From Patescibacteria group bacterium (GTDB lineage Bacteria > Patescibacteriota > Patescibacteriia > JACQRZ01), in contig JBBTRI010000001.1 of the NCBI GenBank assembly GCA_038065255.1, forward strand, positions 42,911 through 106,910: 64,000 bases of DNA, read 5' to 3'. The position numbers and the translations under genes are program-made. Of this stretch, positions 12,332-22,698 are shown one piece after another. The notes below the pieces were generated by a model that had not been told where the DNA came from, did no database searches, and worked only from the letters and a program-made list of their open reading frames with translations. How positions within the stretch are numbered: the first letter of the stretch is position 1; each line of letters starts with the position of its first letter.

Positions 12332-13614
12332 AAATTCTCATCGCACATAAATATTGGTTCCCTCGTGACGGATCAACAACGCACGTCTTTGACCTTGTTG
12401 AGATGTTGGTATCCCATGGGCATACCGTGATTCCGTTTGGCATGCGCATGAATAGTGACGAAGCACAGATGTGCGAACACATTCCGCTTATCAAACAACT
12501 CACGGATCGCTATACACATTTTTTTGTGAGCAGGTGCGATTTCAACAGTGCTAAAGGAATTATTCAAAAAATACATCTCTTCTGTAGGATGCTCTACTCG
12601 CTTGAAGCAAAGAGAAAATTTCGTGCACTAGCAATCCAAGAGCGTCCGGATATTGTCCATATCCACAATATCTACCACCACATTTCTCCATCCATTCTCG
12701 ATGTATGCAGGGAGCTAAATATACCGGTAGTGCAAACAGTTCACGATTACAAACTGGTGTGCCCCAACTATAAACTTTTTGCCCGTGCCGCTATCGACGA
12801 GGGATGCTTGAAAGGAAATTATTTTCATGATGCATGGAACCGCTCTGTGAAGGGATCAATTCTTGCCGGCATGGCATGTGCGATTGAAATGACTATTCAT
12901 CGAGCACTTGGTATGAATACAAAAATGATTCAGAAGTGGATTGCGCCCTCATCTATTGTTGCCGAAAAACTCATACAGGGGGGATATTCAGAAACCAAAA
13001 TCTACACGCTTAATCATTTTGTAAAGAGTGCCGACGATAGTAGTGATCACATTCAAAAAAAGGATTTCCTTCTCTGTGTTGGCCGCCTATCCGAAGAAAA
13101 GGGATTTGATGTTGCACTAGCTGCGCTGAAGTACCTTAGTTTGCCGCTTGTTATTGTTGGCGATGGCTCTGCTCGTGAATCATTGGAACGCCATGCGGCA
13201 ACGAGCGGAGTTTCCGATCGAGTGCATTTTGCAGGTTTCCAGCCCCGGGAGGAAGTACGGCGGTTGATGGCGTCCGCACGCTTCGTACTTGTGCCATCCC
13301 GATGGCATGAGCCGTTCTGTTACGTTGTGCCGGAAAGCTTGTTTGCACACACGCTACCGATAGGATCCGATATTGGAGCATTGAGAGAATTGCTTGGCGC
13401 AGTATCAGAAAAACTTTTAGTTCCAGGAGGCGATCCTATTGCACTTGCCGGAAGGATTACCGAGTTGCTCGGCAATACGGCGCTCATGGAAGATCTTATC
13501 AACAAAGGCATACAGCACTATGAAAATATCTGTTTACCTCAAGTATATTACGACTCACTCATGAATGTATACCGCGAAGCCGTGCAAGAGTTGAAAACGG
13601 ACAAGATTCTCTGA
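12328..13614 (+). CDS. Glycosyltransferase family 4
   Basis: GRLSEEKGFD...EPFCYVVPESL is the EX7E-type GT4 C-terminal domain. ATGA start-stop overlap with the ligase gene. Confidence 0.75.
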   Translation: MKILIAHKYWFPRDGSTTHVFDLVEMLVSHGHTVIPFGMRMNSDEAQMCEHIPLIKQLTDRYTHFFVSRCDFNSAKGIIQKIHLFCRMLYSLEAKRKFRALAIQERPDIVHIHNIYHHISPSILDVCRELNIPVVQTVHDYKLVCPNYKLFARAAIDEGCLKGNYFHDAWNRSVKGSILAGMACAIEMTIHRALGMNTKMIQKWIAPSSIVAEKLIQGGYSETKIYTLNHFVKSADDSSDHIQKKDFLLCVGRLSEEKGFDVALAALKYLSLPLVIVGDGSARESLERHAATSGVSDRVHFAGFQPREEVRRLMASARFVLVPSRWHEPFCYVVPESLFAHTLPIGSDIGALRELLGAVSEKLLVPGGDPIALAGRITELLGNTALMEDLINKGIQHYENICLPQVYYDSLMNVYREAVQELKTDKIL

Positions 13615-13800
13615 TTACGAAACTCCGCCCAGGTGTTCGTCTGGCAGGTTTTTGACGAGCGACGGCGAGGAATCTAAGCAATTTTCTAGCAGGGAAATTG
13701 CGGCCCCGACAGATGAACACCTGGAGCGAAGAGTTTAGAATTCGGGAAGCCTTAGGCAGCCTTGACAAGTAGCTTCTTTTGTGGTTAGGTATGGTTCACT

Positions 13801-14931
13801 ATGAGAATAGTCATGATCGGACAAAAGGGCCTTCCTGCCCGCAGCGGAGGTATTGAGCGCCATGTGGAAGATTTGGCTCTGCGCTTGGTGCGCGAAGGGC
13901 ACGAGGTAATTGCGTATTGCCGGTCTTCTTATGTGGGTGACAGGGGAACACAAAAATATTATGAAGGTGTTCACTGTATTACCGTTCCTACTATTTGCAG
14001 TAAGCATTTTGAAACTGTCATTCAAACATTTTTTGCATCCATTCATGCACTCTTCATGCATGCTGATATCATCCACTACCATGGTATCGGCCCGTCTCTG
14101 TTTGCGTGGATCCCTCGACTGCTTGCTCCGCGCTCACGCGTTATCGCAACATTTCACTGCCAGGATTATTTTCACCAAAAGTGGGGTTGGTTGGCCCGCT
14201 GTGTTTTTCGGCTAGGTGAAGTGGTTTGCTGCACATTGCCGCATCGCACGATTGCCGTATCTCAAACAATTCAGACATATATCAAAAAAACATACGGTAG
14301 GGATGCAGTGTACCTTCCCAATGCCGTTGTGCTTCCCTCGCACGAGAAAAGCGATACGCATGTGCGGCAATTTGGACTTTCCAAAAACAACTATATCCTT
14401 CTTGTCTCGCGCCTTGTGCGGCACAAAAATATTCATTTTGTCATAAAGGGATACCAAGTCATGCAGCGGCGCGGTAGTGTATTGCCGAAACTTGCCATTG
14501 TTGGTTCCGCATGCCACACCGATGACTATGAAGCAGAATTAAAAGCATTATCTGCAGGAGATCCGAATATCTTGTTTCTTGGAGAGCAAACGGGCGAACC
14601 ACTAGCCCAGCTTTACTGTAATGCACGTCTCTTTGTGCATGCTTCCCAGAGCGAAGGTTTATCTTATGCTATCTTAGAGGCAATGAGCTATGGATGCCCC
14701 GTGCTCGTATCTGATATTGCAGAAAATGTTGAAATCCTTCATGCAGTCGGCACAACGTTTGCCGCAAATAATATCAAAGACTTTATTTTCAAACTGAACG
14801 CATTGTTGGTATCGGAGGGTGCGCCGATTGCCTCTGCGCAAACATACAAAAGCGTTATTGAACGATTCTATAATTCTGAAACGGTTTTTTCGCAAACGCT
14901 TGCTCTCTACCGGCAATTCAAAGAATGCTAG
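13801..14931 (+). CDS. Glycosyltransferase family 4
   Basis: GGIERHVEDLALRL near the N-terminus and EGLSYAILEAMSYGCPVLVSDI near the C-terminus. Confidence 0.75.
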   Translation: MRIVMIGQKGLPARSGGIERHVEDLALRLVREGHEVIAYCRSSYVGDRGTQKYYEGVHCITVPTICSKHFETVIQTFFASIHALFMHADIIHYHGIGPSLFAWIPRLLAPRSRVIATFHCQDYFHQKWGWLARCVFRLGEVVCCTLPHRTIAVSQTIQTYIKKTYGRDAVYLPNAVVLPSHEKSDTHVRQFGLSKNNYILLVSRLVRHKNIHFVIKGYQVMQRRGSVLPKLAIVGSACHTDDYEAELKALSAGDPNILFLGEQTGEPLAQLYCNARLFVHASQSEGLSYAILEAMSYGCPVLVSDIAENVEILHAVGTTFAANNIKDFIFKLNALLVSEGAPIASAQTYKSVIERFYNSETVFSQTLALYRQFKEC

Positions 14932-15049
14932 CATGGCGCTGGCGAAAAGGCATTTGCATTTTTCTGGAGACTTTCTTATACTACCATTCGTTGCGGCATG
15001 GATAGCGTATGCGCCGCTTTTTTCTTGTATACATTAGGTTACTTACCAT

Positions 15050-17137
15050 ATGAAGCAATCATCAAAAATGCGCCTCTCTCCGCGCGCAAAGCTCCGTTGG
15101 ATTATCGCAGGAGTATTTCTCCTTACACTTATTGCAACAGCCTACAATAGCATTGAATTTTATAATGCCAATAAAGGCGCACTCGAAGCGCGACTCCGTA
15201 CGGTTGAGCCTCTTAAAGGTATTTCACTCCCTGAGATTCATATTCCCGTCTGGCCCGCGGAACGCTTTAGGCTTGGACTTGACCTTCGCGGAGGAACCCA
15301 TCTTGTGTATCAGGCTGATCTGGCAAAAACAGCTGCAAAGGACCAGACTTCCGCGCTTGAAGGCGCGCGAGATGTTATTGAGCGGCGCGTGAATATGTTT
15401 GGCGTTGCAGAGCCGGTTGTACAAACAGTAAAAGTAGGCAACGATTATCGTATTATTGTGGAGCTTGCGGGGGTAAGTGATATTTCGCAGGCAATCAAGA
15501 TGATCGGCGATACGCCGCTTTTGGAATTCAAAACAGCTAATCCGGCAAAAGATCAGCAGGTTATTATGTCATTGACCCCCGAACAACAGAAAGAGATCGA
15601 TACATTCAATGCCGATAGGCGCGCAAAAGCAGAAAGTGTTTTGAAACAGGCAAAGGAAGGAGCGCAATTCGGAGAGCTCGCAAAAAGCTTTTCCGATGAT
15701 GAACTTACAAAAGAAAAGGGCGGAGAGGTGGGATGGCTCTCGCCGGATTCCCAAGGAAATGCCCTCTATGATATGGCCGCAAAAGGAAAAACAGGCGAGC
15801 TGCTCCCCGATATTCTCACAGGACCGGATGGCCTCAGTATTGTGAAGGTCTTAGGGGCGCGGGATAATGGCGAAATAAAAGCAAACCATTTATTGATATG
15901 CTATAAGGGTGCACAGAGCTGCAGCAAGGAAACGTCAAAGGATGACGCGCGAAAACAACTAGAAGATTTGAAAAAACAGCTTACCAAAGAAAATTTTGTT
16001 GAATTTGCAAAAAAATATTCCACCGAACCGGGAGCACCGGAACGTGGCGGTGATTTGGGGTGGTTTGGCAGGGGCGTTATGGTCAAACCATTTGAGGACG
16101 GAGCGTTTCCGCTCGCCAAAGGCGCAATTTCAGATAGTATCGAAACTGCATTTGGGTATCATCTGATTTATAAACAGGATGAGCGGACAGTAAAGCAGTA
16201 TAATGTTGCGCGGGTGCTGTTGAAAACAAAATCAGCTGCAGATTTCCAGAAAAAGCCCGACGAGTGGCTGGCGACAGAACTTACCGGTAAGCAGTTGAAA
16301 CGGGCATATGTTGACTTTGACCCGCAAACACAGGCTCCCGAAGTGGGTTTGGAATTTGACGATGAAGGAAAGAAATTGTTCGGCGATCTTACAGCGGCAA
16401 ATGTTGGTAAGGAAATTGCCATTTTCTTGGATGCTCAGCCGATCAGCATTCCGCGAGTGAACCAGCCGATCAAAGAAGGCAAGGCTGTGATTACCGGAAA
16501 TTTTGCGCTTCAAGAAGCAAAGCTTTTGGCACAGCGCTTAAATACGGGCGCGCTGCCGATTCCTGTCACACTCATCAGTCAGCAGACAATTGGAGCAAGT
16601 TTGGGAAACGAATCACTTCAAAAGAGCTTACAGGCGGGACTCATCGGATTTGCGCTTGTTGCACTGTTCATGATCCTGTTTTATCGCATACCCGGCCTCA
16701 TAGCCGTGATCGCTCTCTGCATGTATGCAATGCTTACCCTAGCGCTTTTCAAGATCTGGCCGGTAACATTGAGCCTTGCGGGTATTGCGGGTTTTATCCT
16801 TTCGGTCGGTATGGCTGTGGATGCGAATATCTTAATTTTTGAACGCATGAAGGAAGAGCTTCACTGGGGAAAGAATCTCGATGGAAGTATTCGTGATGGG
16901 TTTAGGCGTGCATGGACATCTATTCGCGACAGCAATATGTCGTCATTGATTACGTGCTTTATCCTCTTCTGGTTTTCCGCAAGTCTTATCAAAGGTTTTG
17001 CGTTGACGCTTGCATTGGGTATTGCATTGAGCATGTTTACCGCGATTGTCATTACACGAATGCTCTTGCGTTTGGTATCCGGCTGGAAACTGCGTAACCA
17101 CGAATGGCTATTTAACAATACAAAAAAGAACGTATGA
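15050..17137 (+). CDS. secD: Protein translocase subunit SecD with inserted parvulin (PpiC) domains
   Basis: SecD TM core at both ends. Internally, two rotamase-like segments: ...GGEVGWLSPD... and ...GGDLGWFGRGVMVKPFEDGAF...FGYHLIYK. Confidence 0.85.
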   Translation: MKQSSKMRLSPRAKLRWIIAGVFLLTLIATAYNSIEFYNANKGALEARLRTVEPLKGISLPEIHIPVWPAERFRLGLDLRGGTHLVYQADLAKTAAKDQTSALEGARDVIERRVNMFGVAEPVVQTVKVGNDYRIIVELAGVSDISQAIKMIGDTPLLEFKTANPAKDQQVIMSLTPEQQKEIDTFNADRRAKAESVLKQAKEGAQFGELAKSFSDDELTKEKGGEVGWLSPDSQGNALYDMAAKGKTGELLPDILTGPDGLSIVKVLGARDNGEIKANHLLICYKGAQSCSKETSKDDARKQLEDLKKQLTKENFVEFAKKYSTEPGAPERGGDLGWFGRGVMVKPFEDGAFPLAKGAISDSIETAFGYHLIYKQDERTVKQYNVARVLLKTKSAADFQKKPDEWLATELTGKQLKRAYVDFDPQTQAPEVGLEFDDEGKKLFGDLTAANVGKEIAIFLDAQPISIPRVNQPIKEGKAVITGNFALQEAKLLAQRLNTGALPIPVTLISQQTIGASLGNESLQKSLQAGLIGFALVALFMILFYRIPGLIAVIALCMYAMLTLALFKIWPVTLSLAGIAGFILSVGMAVDANILIFERMKEELHWGKNLDGSIRDGFRRAWTSIRDSNMSSLITCFILFWFSASLIKGFALTLALGIALSMFTAIVITRMLLRLVSGWKLRNHEWLFNNTKKNV

Positions 17138-18036
17138 AAACATTCAACATCATCAACAAAAGGTATTTTTGGCTTTCGATTTCGGCAGGCATGCTCGTAG
17201 TTGGCATTGTGGCATTGGCGCTTTGGCAGCTGAAGTTCGGCATCGATTTCACCGGCGGAAGCCTTTTGGAAGTTGCATATTCCCAATCGCGGCCCCCATT
17301 GAAGGATTTGAACGGCATACTTGAACACGCAGGCATTAAAGATGCGGAGATTAAACCATCGGGGGAGAGGGGCGTTATTTTCCGTTTTAAAACTGTTGAC
17401 GAGCCGACACATCAGGCGATCATAGCTGGATTGAAAAAAGAGGACAGTGCTCTTGTTGAACGGTCATTCGATTCGATCGGGCCCATCATAGGAAGCGAGC
17501 TCAAACAGAAATCGATTATTGCCATTGTGCTGGCACTTGTGATGATATTGCTGTATATCTCGTTTGTATTCCGAAAAGTATCATTTCCTGTTGCTTCGTG
17601 GAAATATGGCACATGTGCTATTATAGCGCTCTTCCATGATCTTCTGTTTGTTCTTGGCATATTCGCATTCTTGGGACATTTCGGCGGCATTGAAGTGAAC
17701 AGTTCGTTTATCCCGGCATTTCTGACGGTTCTTGGTTTTTCGGTGCATGATACGATTGTGGTATTCGACCGTATTCGTGAAAATCTCACCAAATTCCGCG
17801 GGGAATTCGAAGATATTGTGAATAAATCTCTCAATGAAACAATTGTTCGCTCTATTAATACGTCGCTAACAGTGCTTCTGGTGCTTCTCGCCATTTTCTT
17901 TTTTGGCGGTGAAACGATCAAAACATTTTCCCTCGCGTTACTGTTGGGTATTGCCATCGGAACCTATTCATCAATTTTTGTTGCATCACCAATGCTGGTG
18001 GCATGGAATGAATGGGAAGCAAAACATAAGAAGTAG
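17134..18036 (+). CDS. secF: Protein translocase subunit SecF
   Basis: The start overlaps the secD stop. GIDFTGGSLLEV and FSVHDTIVVFDRIREN are SecF motifs. Confidence 0.85.
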   Translation: MKTFNIINKRYFWLSISAGMLVVGIVALALWQLKFGIDFTGGSLLEVAYSQSRPPLKDLNGILEHAGIKDAEIKPSGERGVIFRFKTVDEPTHQAIIAGLKKEDSALVERSFDSIGPIIGSELKQKSIIAIVLALVMILLYISFVFRKVSFPVASWKYGTCAIIALFHDLLFVLGIFAFLGHFGGIEVNSSFIPAFLTVLGFSVHDTIVVFDRIRENLTKFRGEFEDIVNKSLNETIVRSINTSLTVLLVLLAIFFFGGETIKTFSLALLLGIAIGTYSSIFVASPMLVAWNEWEAKHKK

Positions 18037-18107
18037 TATGTAGAGAGATAGCATCTAATCCCTCCGCGATAATGCCTCATGTGTGGCATTGAAATTGTGA
18101 GTAAAAA

Positions 18108-19523
18108 GTGCTATACTATACCTATATGGAATTTTTGCTCGACTTGATTCCAAATTTTTCTAATCCGTTTTCCGCAATGTGGTGGATGTTAAGCGGGGGC
18201 GGTTGGTTTATTATCCTTCTCATTTCCGTCAATGGCTTGTGGAAAATGTGGCTGAAAGACAGGCGCGGAGCCTATCTTGGGGCTATTGATTATGTTTTTT
18301 TGGCCATCAATGTTCCCAAGCAGACAGAACAGCCTCCGAAAGCGATTGAAAATTTCTTTCTTCACATGACAGGGCTTTTCAGCGGCAAAGGAACGCTTAT
18401 CGATCGATTTTGGAAAGGGAAATTACAAGACCGTTTTTCGTGCGAACTCATTAGTCGCGGGGGATTTGTCCAGTTCTATGTCCGTATTGCGGCTAAATAC
18501 CGGCCATTACTTGAAGCTTCTATTTTTGCCCAGTATCCCGATGCTGAAATCACTGAGACGACCGACTATGTGCTCGATGTTCCTCAGTATTGGCCTGATG
18601 AAAATTATGAAATGTGGGGATCGGAGCTTGTTCTTACCAGGCCCTATATGTATCCCATCAAGACGTATATCAGTTTTGAAGATAAGCTTTCAGGAACATT
18701 CAAAGATCCACTTGCAACTTTATTCGAATACCTTTCAACGCTTAAACAGGGTGAGCAGGCATGGATCCAAATCGCCCTCGTTGCAACAGATAATACATGG
18801 CACAAAAACGGCCTTGATGAGGTGAAAAGGCTTATTGGGCAAAAAGTTTCCCACAAGAGCAGCGCCATTGATACGCTTACCAAGGGTCTGTTTGGATGGG
18901 TAGTGAATCTTGCACATGAGTTTACAAAAGAATTATTCGGTTTTGCCGGCAGTGGTCCGGGTGAGGGTGGCAAAGCCGCGGGAGGGCAGAACTATCCGAG
19001 TCTTATGCAATTTCTTTCTCCGGGAGAAAAAAATGTTTTGGAGCAAATTCAGATGAAATTAGCAAAGCCAGGTTTTTTTGTGAAAATCCGCTTGGTATAT
19101 CTGGCGCCGCGGCAGATATACATGAAACAGCGTGCGATGGCAGGTCTTTTGGGCGCATTCAAGCAATTTAGTATTCTTGATTTGAATACCTTCACCATGG
19201 ACGATTGTTCAAAAGTATCCGCAAATTATTTCTTTGTTCCCCAGCGCATAGCGAGGCGGCAGAACAAGCTTATGCGCGCGTATAGGAATCGTTCGGCTGT
19301 CGGAGGGCATCCCCCCTATATTCTTAATGCTGAGGAGCTTGCAACGCTCTGGCACTTCCCTATGATAGACATTGCCGCGCCGTTGTTGAGTAAAACAGCA
19401 AGTCGGAGGGGTGAACCGCCCAAATCACTTCCACTTCATGAGGTTGCCACTGCACCATCGCGCGCACCACTTCCTTCGCTGGAAGAAACAGAAGACACGC
19501 CAGATAATATTCCTTTTCTATGA
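18108..19523 (+). CDS. Membrane-anchored protein of unknown function, coupled to the downstream ATPase
   Basis: An N-terminal TM hairpin (WWMLSGGGWFIILLISVNGLW) followed by a large soluble domain. The stop overlaps the next start as ATGA. Confidence 0.4.
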   Translation: MLYYTYMEFLLDLIPNFSNPFSAMWWMLSGGGWFIILLISVNGLWKMWLKDRRGAYLGAIDYVFLAINVPKQTEQPPKAIENFFLHMTGLFSGKGTLIDRFWKGKLQDRFSCELISRGGFVQFYVRIAAKYRPLLEASIFAQYPDAEITETTDYVLDVPQYWPDENYEMWGSELVLTRPYMYPIKTYISFEDKLSGTFKDPLATLFEYLSTLKQGEQAWIQIALVATDNTWHKNGLDEVKRLIGQKVSHKSSAIDTLTKGLFGWVVNLAHEFTKELFGFAGSGPGEGGKAAGGQNYPSLMQFLSPGEKNVLEQIQMKLAKPGFFVKIRLVYLAPRQIYMKQRAMAGLLGAFKQFSILDLNTFTMDDCSKVSANYFFVPQRIARRQNKLMRAYRNRSAVGGHPPYILNAEELATLWHFPMIDIAAPLLSKTASRRGEPPKSLPLHEVATAPSRAPLPSLEETEDTPDNIPFL

Positions 19524-21097
19524 CAGACATTACACCGGTTGGCATTGCAAATTTCAGAAACCACAATCGGCGGTTCGGTATTAAAACCGACGATCGCCGG
19601 CGCCACATGTATATTATCGGTAAAACCGGCATGGGCAAATCAACCACGCTCGAGAATATGATCATAGAAGATATTCGCATGGGCAGGGGAGTTGGCGTTG
19701 TTGATCCTCATGGGGAGCTTGCTGAAACGATCCTTCGGTACATTCCTTCAAACCGCGTTAACGATGTTGTGTATATCAATCCCGGGGATATGGACTATCC
19801 GGTCGCGTTTAATATTTTGGAAACTGTTGACGAGCGGCATAAGCATTTGGTCGCATCCGGGCTCATGGGGGTATTCAAAAAAATCTGGCCAGATGTGTGG
19901 AGCCCTCGTATGGAATATATTCTTAACAATACCCTTCTCGCTCTCTTGGATTATCCGGGAAGCACCATGCTTGGCGTGAATCGCATGTTGGCGGATAAGC
20001 CCTATCGGCTTAAAGTTATTGAAAAGATAAAAGACCCTATCGTCAAGGCATTTTGGGTGAGCGAATTTGCAAAGTATAACGAAAAATTTGCGACAGAAGC
20101 CATTGCTCCTATTCAAAATAAGGTAGGGCAGTTTTTATCTGCTTCTATTATTCGCAATATTGTGGGTCAGGTGAAGTCGACTATCAATATTCGCGACATT
20201 ATGGATGAAGGAAAGATTTTGATCCTCAATCTTTCCAAGGGAAGAATCGGCGAGGACAACAGCCGCCTGCTAGGGGGTATGCTGATTACCAAAATTCAGC
20301 TTTCAGCCATGGAGCGCGTAGATGTGCCCGAAGAAGACCGCCGCGATTTTTTCCTCTATGTTGATGAATTTCAAAACTATGCTACGGAAAGTTTTGCGAA
20401 TATTTTATCTGAGGCGCGAAAATACCACTTGAGCTTGATTATGGCGCACCAATATATTGAGCAACTTGACGAAACTGTTCGTGCTGCCGTGTTTGGCAAC
20501 GTCGGAACTATTATTACATTCCGTGTCGGTGCCGGAGATGCGGAATTTTTAGTGAAAGAATTCACGCCGCGTTTTATTGAAGAAGATTTGGTGAATTTAC
20601 CCAAGCATGCCTTCTATATCAAACTTATGATCGATGGATTGGTATCCGATCCATTTTCATCAAACGGATTGCCGCCGTTTCCCAAAGAAGATATTACAGG
20701 CAACGAGGAAAAGGTCATTCGTGTTTCGCGCGAACGCTATGCAAAGAAACGCGAGCTTGTGGAAGAAAAAATCACACGGTGGACAGAGAGTATGCAGGAA
20801 GAAGATCGCAAACGCGAAGAACAGCAAGGAGAACGGATGACATCGCGGGATCGTTTTGACCGCGGTTCAGATAGACGTGACAGACCGCCGATGCGTTCGC
20901 GTCCTCCGCGTAGAGACGATCGTAGAGACGATCGCAGAGATGACCAATTTCAAGATCGTCCGCGCGCTCCCCAAGGAATGACGCATCCTCCTAGTCCAAG
21001 AAAAATACAACCAGCTCCAAGTCAGCCACCAATTTCTTTGACAGATTTAGCTGCAAAAAAACCAACGTCGTTTACAGGGCCAAAAAAAGCGCAGTAA
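19520..21097 (+). CDS. VirD4/TraD/TraG-like coupling-type ATPase (FtsK/HerA superfamily)
   Basis: Walker A IIGKTGMGKST, VVDPHGELAE (a DPKGE-like motif), Walker B FFLYVDEFQNY, and AHQY. The C-terminal tail is R/D-rich and low-complexity. Confidence 0.55.
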   Translation: MTDITPVGIANFRNHNRRFGIKTDDRRRHMYIIGKTGMGKSTTLENMIIEDIRMGRGVGVVDPHGELAETILRYIPSNRVNDVVYINPGDMDYPVAFNILETVDERHKHLVASGLMGVFKKIWPDVWSPRMEYILNNTLLALLDYPGSTMLGVNRMLADKPYRLKVIEKIKDPIVKAFWVSEFAKYNEKFATEAIAPIQNKVGQFLSASIIRNIVGQVKSTINIRDIMDEGKILILNLSKGRIGEDNSRLLGGMLITKIQLSAMERVDVPEEDRRDFFLYVDEFQNYATESFANILSEARKYHLSLIMAHQYIEQLDETVRAAVFGNVGTIITFRVGAGDAEFLVKEFTPRFIEEDLVNLPKHAFYIKLMIDGLVSDPFSSNGLPPFPKEDITGNEEKVIRVSRERYAKKRELVEEKITRWTESMQEEDRKREEQQGERMTSRDRFDRGSDRRDRPPMRSRPPRRDDRRDDRRDDQFQDRPRAPQGMTHPPSPRKIQPAPSQPPISLTDLAAKKPTSFTGPKKAQ

Positions 21098-21116
21098 CAG
21101 CCCAACACTGCTGTCT

Positions 21117-22685
21117 ATGCATGAAAAAAATGAAAAACTTCAACGGTACATCCGCATCATGATGGAAAAAAAGACGGTTGTGCCGGCAGATGAGCCGATG
21201 ATGAGCGTGAGCGAAGCGAGTAGTGCGCTCGCATTTTATTATGAAAAAATTAGAAACATTATTGATTATCAAGATGAGCATTTGCTTCGGCAAAATGCCA
21301 TTAAGCGCATTTTAAGCCGCCGCCTTATTTTTCAAGAATCTCGTTCAGATATAGCAGATGCGCTTGTTAAAGAACTTATCAGATCACGCTATTTTTCCAA
21401 TAACACCATACCTACATCAGCTGTTGTAAAAGTAGCGGAAATTCTTGACACGTTTGTTGGCGTTGCGGAAACACTGCGGCAAAACCATAAACTTTCCGAT
21501 GCTGATGAGGAGTGGTTACTGGGAATGTCTGCATGCGCCATTGATGAACTGCTCGCTCCGCTCACAAAGGAAGAAGCGCTTGTGCATTTGATGTATGAAC
21601 AGCTTGTCGATAGCGTGGAAAGCGGCGTGGAGGATGATAAACTGCGCAGACAGCAAGTGTATATTGCAACGTATCGCGTATTGCTCAGGCCCGATGCACT
21701 ACGCCTGCGATTTTTTGTTTTGAAACACACATTTCCGGAATGGACGGCATATGCGAAAAACCACAGTGACCTATTGACGGAAAGCTATGAACGCACGCGC
21801 GCAAGCATTGAAGCGCTTATTAAGCATCCGTTGAACCGCAGACTGACCCAAGCATTTCGAAGATTCCGTATCCCGTTTTTTATTTTACACACCATTATCA
21901 AAAAGCATGGGAATGCAGTACTTGAACAAGATACCCAATTGGAAGCGGAGATAACACGCCTCTGTGAATCACTCTACCAGATGCAGAAAAAACGCTTGGT
22001 ATCCCGTACTATCCGCGCATTCGTCTATATTTTTCTTACAAAAATGGTTTTGGGGTTTGCTATCGAGTTGCCTTACGACATTCTGACGCTTGGTCATGTC
22101 AATTCACTGCCATTGATCGTGAATGTTGTCTTTCCACCGGCACTCTTACTTGCTATTACGCTTTCTGTAAAATTTCCTAAAAAAGATAATACGGCAATGA
22201 TTGTGACTGCAATAAAAGAAATGATCGATGTGAATGCGCCCATGGCGGTATTTACTCCACAGCGATATCGTGAAAAAAAACGCTCACGTACGCTTACTGT
22301 TATTTTTACTATACTCCACCTTGCGCTGTTTGCCGTTTCATTCGGCGCTATTATTTGGGTGCTTCGAAAACTGCAATTCAATGCTGTGAGCGGGGTAATT
22401 TTTGTGCTCTTTGTCTGTCTTATCACATTTTTCGGCGTCAGTCTAAGGCGCTCGGTTCGTGACTTTATTATTATTAAATCAAAGCCAAGCTTTATTGCGC
22501 TTTTTTTCGATTCATTCTTTTTGCCGATTATTCAAGTCGGGCACTGGTTGTCGTTCAACATTTCCAGGATTAATATTTTTATCTTTCTCTTTGACGTACT
22601 TATTGAGTTGCCATTCCAAGCACTGGTGGAAATTACGGAAGAATGGTTTTCTTTTTTGAAAGAGAAAAAAGAAGAAATAGATTGA
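21117..22685 (+). CDS. Membrane protein of unknown function (C-terminal multi-TM)
   Basis: About 330-aa soluble N-terminus, then 4-5 hydrophobic helices. Co-directional with the ATPase pair. Confidence 0.35.
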   Translation: MHEKNEKLQRYIRIMMEKKTVVPADEPMMSVSEASSALAFYYEKIRNIIDYQDEHLLRQNAIKRILSRRLIFQESRSDIADALVKELIRSRYFSNNTIPTSAVVKVAEILDTFVGVAETLRQNHKLSDADEEWLLGMSACAIDELLAPLTKEEALVHLMYEQLVDSVESGVEDDKLRRQQVYIATYRVLLRPDALRLRFFVLKHTFPEWTAYAKNHSDLLTESYERTRASIEALIKHPLNRRLTQAFRRFRIPFFILHTIIKKHGNAVLEQDTQLEAEITRLCESLYQMQKKRLVSRTIRAFVYIFLTKMVLGFAIELPYDILTLGHVNSLPLIVNVVFPPALLLAITLSVKFPKKDNTAMIVTAIKEMIDVNAPMAVFTPQRYREKKRSRTLTVIFTILHLALFAVSFGAIIWVLRKLQFNAVSGVIFVLFVCLITFFGVSLRRSVRDFIIIKSKPSFIALFFDSFFLPIIQVGHWLSFNISRINIFIFLFDVLIELPFQALVEITEEWFSFLKEKKEEID

Positions 22686-22698
22686 TAGCTCCGACTTT

